Of a stretch of DNA of 64,000 bases, positions 55,050-64,000 are shown piece by piece. Source of the stretch: Lingula anatina (lineage: Eukaryota; Animalia; Brachiopoda); contig CM120641.1 in the NCBI GenBank assembly GCA_051362555.1, positions 38,384,401 to 38,448,400 on the forward strand, given 5' to 3'. The notes under the pieces were generated by a model. The model did no database searches, had not been told where the DNA came from, and saw nothing but the letters and a program-made list of their open reading frames with translations. The stretch's first letter is position 1, and each line of letters opens with the position of its first letter. The translations under genes were made by a program, and so were the position numbers.

Positions 55050-57224
55050 TGATCTTTTTCCTTTAAAACGCCTTTATTTTCCATTGCTACACTTTTATTG
55101 AAAATTTAATTTGGGGGATAATTTTCATATTCTGCTCCTTCTCCGGAAACTCGAGGTGATGGAGCCAACTTAAACAAGTTTATGTTATATTGAGTGGTTA
55201 CATTCAACAGCAAAATGTGAGCACCGAATGAAAAAAAAATTGAAAAGTTGGAGGCCGTTTGGAAGACCACCGGTTTACGCAAACAGATATTCCGCAGACG
55301 AGGGCAAGTGTCTAACCGGAAAATATTTACGCTAAATATAAACCAACATAAAGGGAAACTTGTGCTGTAGCTTTTTCTCAAAGTTTTTAATTTCAAAGAA
55401 TAATATATTTTACAAAACATGGTGACACGTGTGAAATAAGGGAGCAAGCTTGTTGAACGTTTCTTAGTGTCTTGGGAACGCTGCATAGTTTGTTTAAATG
55501 CATACCTGGCGTTTAAAATAAAAACAATCATTTAACTAAAGGGGTTTTTAAAATTGACAAAAAAAGTATTCTTAAAAAGAACAAATAATCAAATCTCCAA
55601 CAGATGCTTCAAATTCTTGAAATCGTTTTCACATATTTACAAATGTGCGTAAAACGCATTTGGAAATAATCGTTCTAAATAACGACAAAAATTCACACAT
55701 TCTAATAATGATCAGCTACACATTGTATAGACAAGCTGAACATCATCGATGATAAAAAAAACGTAACTACAATAAATTAATAGAATATCAAAAGGTCTTT
55801 CATTCATATTACACTGTAATATAAATATAACTATATACAAAACATAAAAACCTGATTAAAAAAAGAAAAACACATGATCCGTCTCAAAATATAAAAACAA
55901 GGATCTCGTTTTGCTTTTTATCATACAGATTAAAACAGTTATAACATATCTACACAAACATGTTCAATGATTCCATTCTAGTAGTATTTCGTCACCCTAA
56001 ATTTGTCCTTATATCAAGGAAAAAAAAAAGAAAATCAATATTACACATTTTAAAAGCTTCATCCCAAATCTTTTGAAAATTAAGTACCTCAGAGACACAA
56101 GATAATGAACTTTAAAAAACGACCTAAGAGTCGCGTCCTGTGACATTTTGTTCTAGAACAGCATTCAGGGCTTTGAGAAAGTCGAGGTAAGGGGAACGGG
56201 TTTCGCCCCGCGCCCCTTGCACCTGCGCCCAATTGGCCCCTGCACATGTCACAGGAAGTTTACGGTCGAAAATGACAACATTTCGACTTCCCCAGCTGCT
56301 GAGCGTGACACGGCGCGACCCACGAAATGCTGCTTTACACAGCTTGTATCTTACTCTCCCGCTATCGGTTTCCACTTGTCTAAATATACAAATCGTGTTC
56401 ACCGTAAAATATCGCTCATTAACGACAACTCTTTTCATGTCTGTTTACCTGATATGCTCAACTAAACCCCAAGTTTATCCCTGGCGATTCCGCTTACACC
56501 TGAACCGTGCGCAACAAGTACTTCAAACTGTTTCGACTTTCACTGCTCCCGAGAGGAACCAAATTGCCAAGAGCAAATGGCACAACTTCTCAAACTATCC
56601 AAAAAGCAATTAGTCGATCTTTTCCCATAAGCTCAATAAATACTTCATCAATCCTAGTCCAACTTCAAAGAAGTTAGTAACACAATATTTTTGCCTATAT
56701 TTACAAAACCTGTTATAAGTAACGGATTGGGAACGGCATAATTTACCTGCTGCAATTTACATGCCGATGTCGTTTCTCGCTCCTTGTGGTGCGTTTTCTA
56801 TGTGCTAAGTAAAAACTTTAACAGCTAATTCAAGTCCCTTCCAGCTGATTGTTTTAATACTTTCTCCTCAAGAGAGGACAGCCGAGACAACAGAAGACTG
56901 CAGAACGCGCTTCGGACGCATCTGCAATGCCAAAATGTGCCGAGAATGTCACGCGTATATTCTATTGTCTCGCGACAGTTGTCCATCACTGTCAAAGCCA
57001 ACCACTCCCGTACCTCACAGCGTAAGGGATCGTACCATTTTGAAATACCCAAAAATTCTATTAATCTGCATACGCGACAGCATTTAACATAGCTTAGAAC
57101 TCATCATCTGTCAACAGGGGAACACGACACGTGCAAAAAGAGGTGCACCCCAAATAAAGAAGCAAAACCCGGGTGCTGAGATCAGATGGATAAAACGCTT
57201 GTGTTACAGGCACTTGCGTTCCCC
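55050..57224 (-). other. Putative SoxE 3'UTR (~2.1 kb)
   Basis: U-rich on the minus strand downstream of the stop. Minus-strand AATAAA hexamers at 55094-55099 and 55073-55078 (another at 54912-54917). The 3' end is inferred, not proven. Confidence 0.55.
57177..57184 (-). promoter_or_regulatory. 8-mer bantam seed-match site (UGAUCUCA) in SoxE 3'UTR
   Basis: Plus strand reads TGAGATCA at 57177-57184, i.e. UGAUCUCA in the minus-strand mRNA. Complementary to bantam nt 2-8 with A opposite nt 1; 40 nt downstream of the stop codon. The match is exact; function is inferred. Confidence 0.6.
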
Positions 57225-57910
57225 TCAGGGTCTAGGAAAGCGGTCCCAATGTGCCTCTCCACCTAAAAGAGTCATGGAAGGCGGGTATGGCGGTCTCTGG
57301 GAGCTGTGGGACATGTAGTGGTAGAGAGGAGGCGCCGGATGGTTTCCCGCTGCGGCATAAAAACCCGGGGGTGATCCACCAGGTGAGTACGTGTTGCCTT
57401 GGCTACTTGGGTTGTTCTGTAGCTCGAACCTGTGCTGATGCTGGGCTTGGGACATTGGAGGGAGGCCATAAGGGTACTTGTCTGTTGAATAATGGCTGGG
57501 CGGGGAGTTCTCTGCTTTGACTTGCGTTCCAGGAGAGACATTGTCATTTGTGTCTGCAGCATAGTTTCTGGGTATTGCGCTGTTGCCGGCATTTGGAATG
57601 TTTCCGTTGTTATGGAGATCTGTATCCACGGAGATAGGTTGATAATTGACGGACGTGGACACGCGATACGTGCTCATCCAATTTGGTGACGTCGTAGATG
57701 GGGCACCGCCGTACGCAGATGACGGATTGTTGTGTGCTGGGACATTGTTCACCACTGGATGTTGGCTGCCATGGTGACGGTGTTGCGCATGCCCATTAGG
57801 AGGTAAATACTGATCAAGCTCTGCCTCGTCAAAGTGATCGATGTTTCCGATGACATCGTCTCTAAACTCACCAAGATCCACGCGACTGAAGTCTATAGGT
57901 TGACTTTGAC
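57225..57910 (-). CDS. SoxE: SoxE coding exon 3: K2/TAM region and C-terminal transactivation region
   Basis: Acceptor tttttttcag|GT. Reads (G)[40 protein letters not shown], homologous to SOX9 [36 protein letters not shown]. Contains a VKAE SUMO consensus and ends HWDRFPRP-stop. Total CDS 380+362+686=1428 nt, i.e. 475 aa plus stop. Confidence 0.95.
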
Positions 57911-58310
57911 CTGAAAAAAAGCGTTTATGTCGGGTTTAGATTATGCTTGGTATAATTTACTAGGACACACCCCACTCGAGCCACAGGTTATGTCTTGAGT
58001 GCACACTTCACAGTCAAACTTGATTTTCACAAATCAACTCGAAGCTCTGGCCTGCATTTGTTTTCAGTTGTCATTTCAAATAATACTTATTAGTTTTAAC
58101 GCCAAATACAACGTGGCCGAGAACGCCTTAGTGAAGTTAAGAACGTGAAAAACTGTTAACGAGAAAGACAGATTATTAAACGCATGGACCTTTTTCGCAC
58201 ATAAGGACTTTTTTGCGTATTTCAAATTATATGTCACATACGCAATACTAAATACAAAGATGGATTTTTAGACCTTTTATCTAAATAAAACTTCTCAAAA
58301 TCCGTCTTAC

Positions 58311-58672
58311 CAGCTAAATGCCTCAAGTGAGCCAGTTTGTTTTGCGTTCCTGTTTGCTCGTGCTGGTTGGGTGTGGCGGGTGGGGTAGGGGGTCCACGCA
58401 CGGCACAGCCGTTTAACATGCACGATTCCCCTTCACTGATGGATGAACTTGGTGACGATGTGTCTCGTAGAGTTTTAAATATGACAGCGTTGGACAAGCT
58501 GGACGAACTGTCGTTGCTATTGTTGTTGTTGGATTCCCCCGATCCAGATGCTCCTTTCATTGGTTTTCTTCTACGAGGTTGGTACTTGTACTCGGGGAAA
58601 TCTTTCTTGTGTTTCTGTCTCAGTCTCTCTGCTTCTTCGACGAACGGTTTCTTCTCACCTTCGCTAAGCATT
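58311..58672 (-). CDS. SoxE: SoxE coding exon 2: C-terminal HMG box, NLS and PPTPPATP motif
   Basis: Acceptor ttttgtag|A completes the Arg codon. Then [36 protein letters not shown]...GPPTPPATP...HLA. Donor G|GTAAGA (intron begins 58310), phase 1. 362 nt, frame-compatible with exons 1 and 3. Confidence 0.96.
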
Positions 58673-61600
58673 CTACAAAAAGAGGGACAGGTACTTCGTT
58701 ATACAAATGTAAAATTCTTATGTGGAGATTTTTTACAAACGTACGTAATATTCAAATCCCGCAAAACCGATCTGAAGATTGTTGGGAAATTAAGAGCACT
58801 CTTTAACAAGATAACATAAATCGTTCAGAAAAGCGTGAAACTGTCTTCTGCATGTAATTACAAAGAAAAATGGTTAATTTACAATGCTGTTTAAACATCA
58901 GTATCTGTTTATTTAATGAACCATGCTATCTTAGCATAAAATATAATCAATCACGTTAGAAGAGAAATCGACAGTGATGTATATCTCATCACTTCTTTAG
59001 AATTAAAATTCATTTGTCATGCAACTTCTGCCTAATGTTACCATTACACGACAAGAACAGACGCGTCGAAGCGTTGGTGGTTTTCAATTTATTATGACAG
59101 TGTTGTGTGCTGAATAGTTTGTTTTTTTTTTTTTCGTTGCTTATAGGACAAGGCGCAACAACATTTTTCACAGTAGATCAAAGCTTTTCAGCATCAAGCT
59201 GTACATGGAACTATTTGCAAAAATGAAGATGCGTCTCGTCATGGCATAATCATAATTTCAACTGAATCTCAACATTTGCCGTTGCCATCGGGTGCATGCT
59301 TTAAGACTAACAATAATAAACAGTTACCGCATATCTTTACACTTGTCAGTTGCCCTCTAATAAGCCTGTTTAATAATAATGACATAGCGTTTGGATCTGG
59401 GACGTTTGCTTTGTAACAAGTAGCAGGGTTAGCGTGTCAAGTCTAATAGGTGAAGTATAATGTCCCAGTCGTCTTCAGACCGGAATATGACCCCGTTAAC
59501 TTCAATAAAAAAGTATAGTCGGATAGGATAGGAGTAAGAGTCAATGTTTTTTACATAACACAGTACTAACAGTAGGGAGTGGACGGAATCCTGCGACAGA
59601 TATTCCACCAAAACAAGATTAAAATCTTAAACATCTGATAGGTTGGTCTGTCCGAGATCAACTGCACTGTCTCACCATTACCGTGAACCCAATGACCTTC
59701 GAAGATTCGCGCGTCAAGTTTCAATTATTACTCAATTGCTGTCCATGCTCTGATAAAAAAATTAACCATTTGACACAATCCATGGCTTAAGTTGATGTTC
59801 CAGTGAAATGAAGACACCAGCCCTCGACAAGCCGCCTAATTCGTTGGGAATGAATCTTATCCACCGGTCAACCCTATCAGTTGCAATGGCTTTGACGGTC
59901 GCGTTATCAGGCGACTTCTTGCACCATTGCCTTTCAATATGACCGTACTAAATGACTCTAAAGGTCCTTTGAACGAGAACATGAGCCCCCGGCACTTACA
60001 TTATATATGACTGTAATCAAAATCAACCTAAAGCCCAGAAGGAATAGAATTTCACGGTTTTCCGTAGTACGTGGTTCTCCACCCTATCGCGTTTTCGAAG
60101 ATGCGGGCTTCGATTTAATTTGGATCATTTAAAAACGTAACATTCGTAAATCACTAGCAGACAGACTAAATGTGTGTCAGGCAGCGGCATGTTGAGCAGA
60201 CGATCAGAAGATGTGGTTTTCCGAAGGTGGCTGCCGTCCCGGACACTGTGGTCTCCGTTCTCACTCCCACTATTTTCTTGTTTACATGTGTCTGTTTTTC
60301 TACACGTGTATGTCGGTCTCGTACCGGTTCCAGGGGTAGGTAGTATCCTCTCGTTCAACTTCTAAATTTCCTCCCCCTTTTCAATAATTCTGTTCTTATG
60401 ATAAATAAACGGGTGTCAACGTGTTTTCTTACTTTTAAAGTGTCTTTATCTCTTCGGAGAAAAAAAGCTTAATCATTAACACCAATCGTCTTAAAATTCA
60501 TGATTATTATAAAGTAATTGCTCGGCGCCTCCTTTTTTACGCTGCGCTCTGCATCTTCTCAAATACATTTCCTTTAATGTAACAGGCGAGTAATAATTCC
60601 TGAGAACCCCCGCGCTTCCTGAGGATTGATCTGGGGAGTATGATGGATCATTTTAGCCAGATGTGGTCCACAAAATGGAGCTGAGAGGGGAAATGGTTGT
60701 CCATTTACTCACAACTATCTGGAACTGCTTATGGCAAACGGGACCATAACGCCAAAGCGTGGTTAAGTTTCAGCTCTTTTAAGTTTGCGATAATGTTGGA
60801 AGAAATAAAAATTAGAGGAGGAACTGGCGTCTTGAATATGAATGAAAATCTGGTTACTTATCACTGAGATCTTTTATGGAATATTGTGGTTTGTAAAACA
60901 AGTGAGCGGAATCACAAAATGTTGGCAAAAAGCGACGTGGATCTTTTTTTGTTTACAATTGTTTACACATGTGAGTTCATAAAAAGGATTGAAGTAAAAG
61001 GTTGAATAGCAAGTGATATTTTATTACACAGTAGCAATACAACATTCACTGATTTAACTCGTAATTGTAATTTATAAAATTGAATATGAAATACTTTGTT
61101 AATTGGAATTACCATTTGGCAAGGTGTAATATTACTCTCTACTGTGTTTGATCCTAATTTTTCATTCTTTTTTGTATTCATTTTTACTCTTATTTTTTTA
61201 ACTCATTATAGGATGGTATGCTTGAACAATTTATGTTTCAGAAGACATTAGAAACAATTCGTGTTTTCAGGTCCGTCTTTCGGTGTTTTCATACATGTGT
61301 GAGGGGAGTGCAACCTATTATACTGCCCAGATGTTTTTGTAATTTGTGCTTTCACAAGTGGTCCAGTTATTAGAAAGTGAAATGTGGGTGTCCAAACTGT
61401 AACAATACCATAAAAACCGATGTTATTACTGCCGGAGGATAGTGCCCAGGTCGTTCCAAGATATTATTAGTCATTTAATCCAAAGGGTTGCCGGAGAAGC
61501 CCACGTCTTTTCACCCCAACACTGAAAATGAGATGCAGTCTCCAAGATCTTAACTCCCGCATCCGTTGTATACAGCAATTTCCTAAGTTAAATTTACAGA

Positions 61601-62266
61601 GTGGCTTACTCATATTGTGTTGCAAATATTCAAACTGAAGTGTCTGATTCGCTATTGACTGAACTTGTTATACAGCGTGCCCATTTACATTTGCAGATCC
61701 TATGCTACTTTGATGATCCTCTACTCGTTTTTTTCCCTTCCTATTTTTTAAATCGGTATCTTATAAAAGGCACACAAAATATAATAAAAAGTGTTATGTG
61801 TTTTAGCACGAACTTGAGCAATTCTGTCAAACCTGTATTCGTGTGTATATACGCATGTATGTACATTTGTGTAACGTAGGAGATGGCGGCACTACGATTT
61901 AAGTTAACAAAATGATGCATGTCGACGTAAGACGCGCTCAGCTTTGTGGCTGCCTAATTAACAAGGCGGCGACCTGCGGAAAAGACGACAACAAATATCA
62001 ATCTTTTTTCCTCTTTGAAAGCAGGAAGTCCAAGACGCACGTTTCACCAACTACTTGTACACTCACACCTGTACACAACTAGTTTGGAGGAGTTAATAAG
62101 AGAAGGCGTGCTTTTAAGATTAATTGCAAGCTCTGTTGGATGAGGTAGTTCACACGAAGAAAACTTCAAACGAAGTATGCGTTGTTATTTCACGTACTTT
62201 TCTCACTTAAGAGGGACGGGGTGATATTTTGAAGACCAGCACCTTGATAAAATACCCCCCCCTCCC

Positions 62267-62267
<1 letters not shown>

Positions 62268-62313
<46 letters not shown>
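62268..62313. repeat. (AC)23 microsatellite in SoxE intron 1 near the donor
   Basis: Direct reading; reads (GT)n on the transcript strand ~100 nt into intron 1. Confidence 0.95.
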
Positions 62314-62315
<2 letters not shown>

Positions 62316-62411
62316 CATGCAGGTAGCACGTGACATGACGACTTCTGGCCACAGCCTGCCATAAGAATGATTGCATTAAAATCAATAACGTATCATATCC
62401 TAACAACTTAC

Positions 62412-62791
62412 CTCCATAACTTGCCTAGAGTTTTGCTCAACTCTGCGTTGTGAAGATGTGGGTACTGATCGGCCAGCCGTCTTCTTGCTGCCTGGGCCCA
62501 CACCATGAAGGCGTTCATAGGTCTCTTAATGTGCGGCTTGCGTTTGTCTGATCCCGGCCCACGGGTTGGCATGGGCACCAGAGACCAGTCGTAGCCCTTT
62601 AGAACAGACGCTACTGCTTGCTGTATGTCTGTTGATAACTCATCACTGCTATTGCTTGTAGTACTCTGCTTTGGATCATCACTGGATTTAGTCGGCATTT
62701 TGGCAGTGGCAGGAAAGTTTTCCGAATCTGACTCCCTTTCGCTCTCTCTGCCCGAGTCTGATGTGGGGGAAGACATGCTTGCGTGCTCCAT
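62412..62791 (-). CDS. SoxE: SoxE (Sox8/9/10) transcription factor, coding exon 1: N-terminus, SoxE dimerisation domain, N-terminal part of HMG box
   Basis: Translation contains [21 protein letters not shown] (SoxE DIM domain) and [43 protein letters not shown] (SoxE HMG). ATG at 62791; the track start at 62794 is GTG. Ends at donor AG|GTAAGT (intron begins 62411), phase 2, the conserved SoxE intron position in the HMG box. Confidence 0.97.
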
Positions 62792-62919
62792 CACTGTTCA
62801 AAGTTTTTGAACCACAAAGTCCAAGTGATTGTTAAGTGTAAACTCCTTGAGGTTACTTGTCTCTTCTTAAACTGTGACCGACTTTACTGACATCTCTCAC
62901 TGGAGTGGGATTTGAAAGT

Positions 62920-63230
62920 AGGAACTACACTGACGTATGCTAATTAGGCGGGAAGCAAGTTGAAAGACCCCGCCTCCTTTCTGCTAACTGACAGCCTGCC
63001 GCCCACTAATCATCAAAGTTAATACGAGTTGATCGGTCTTCTCATTGGGGTATTAATCAAAATATTAGTCACATGATTGAAGTGGAGCATACACGGACAT
63101 GACAGGCAAGGTTTACGCGCCGCACAGCGAACCGGATGCTTTTAATTTAGTCAACAAGCAATAACAAAACAATTCCCCAGGAGCTCCACTTTTTTCGCTG
63201 CTCCTCCTGCTCTTATTCATTTGTTTCCCT
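62920..63230 (-). promoter_or_regulatory. SoxE proximal promoter region
   Basis: CpG-retaining region immediately 5' of exon 1. Motifs: CRE-like TGACGT (62931-62936), GC box CCCCGCCTCC (62968-62977), GGCGGGAA (62947-62954), TCF/LEF CTTTGATG (minus, 63011-63018), CCAAT (minus, 63044-63048), E-box GTCACATGA (63068-63076), Sox-like AACAAT (63168-63173). TSS not determined. Confidence 0.5.
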
Positions 63231-64000
63231 GTGTGAGATTAAGTTGTAAAATAAACGCCGCCGGCTTCTGGTCGACAATATGAAATATACTTTTTAGATT
63301 TGCGGTAGAATGCAGCGTTGATTATCAACGGGGGTTCCAAATCGGTCAAAATCAAACCTGGTAAGGGACAGACGTTGCTCTTGTGGTCTGATGCTTATCA
63401 AAAGAACGAGGAGAGTTGATACGGCGGAGAGGTGGTAATAGGACTACTTTAAAACATTTAGTTTTTTTTCTTTATAAGAAAACCCTTTCTGGACTATGTT
63501 CATGATGACTTGTTCTTGTGTTAGACGATTTCGTTAATGATAAAAATCGGTCAATCTAGTAAAGTTAATTACATAAGAGTTCATTTGATTTAACATAAAA
63601 TGTGTCTGTAAACATTTTAGTGCTTTTAGTGCTTATTGTTAAATGTTTACTATGGCTCTGTAAATCGGGGGGGGGGGCAATTTTGAAAACAAGTCTTTGG
63701 GTATGTTTCGTGAAGCTAAATTATATTTTGTAGAAAGATCTACGAAGCAAGAGAAAGAGAGGAACTGAAAGAGAATTTTTAAAAATAATTTTTCTTGAAC
63801 AGTCTTGAGGATGTGGTTTATCACTAAACCTGTTAATTTTCAGAAAGGGCAAAAATTTTCAAATCAACGTTTTGGGTATTTCCCTCTCTGTCTATATTTT
63901 ATTTATTTTTAATTTTATTTTATCCCTTCTCAAATTCTTTGCTAGTTGAACACATATTTTGTATTATCTGCTAATTGCTGTTTAAATTCCCTTCCTGTAG

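Noticed and set aside
55050-57224. Additional seed matches in the SoxE 3'UTR (miR-252a-like ~56080, miR-183/263-like ~56577, miR-8-like ~56855)
   Set aside because: With many miRNA families tested, some matches in a 2-kb UTR are expected by chance; conservation data are needed.
57251-62810. Antisense and alternative-frame ORFs overlapping SoxE exons (57251-57520, 57272-57592, 58337-58819, 62625-62810)
   Set aside because: Shadow ORFs of GC-richer coding sequence with no independent evidence.

Overview
AT-rich eukaryotic genomic DNA from a protostome, most likely a lophotrochozoan such as a mollusc (bantam miRNA, CpG-depletion pattern, Helentron/HINE-type repeat). There is one clear protein-coding gene: a three-exon SoxE (Sox8/9/10) gene on the minus strand, CDS join(62412-62791, 58311-58672, 57225-57910), 475 aa. 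About 6.6 kb beyond its stop codon, on the opposite (+) strand, lies a canonical bantam pre-miRNA hairpin (50571-50633). The ~52 kb to the left has no recognisable intact protein-coding gene and looks CpG-depleted and T/G-skewed on the + strand by eye. It carries several short AG...GT-bounded exon candidates, consistent with a long spliced pri-bantam host lncRNA converging on SoxE. Most notable observation: the SoxE 3'UTR has a perfect 8-mer bantam seed site 40 nt after the stop codon, suggesting a physically linked, convergent miRNA-target pair. Also present: a head-to-tail HINE-like dimer fused at its subterminal inverted repeat, an 18-bp minisatellite with higher-order structure, LINE remnants and microsatellites. 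Nearly all short ORFs in the track are spurious. All coordinates were read by eye.
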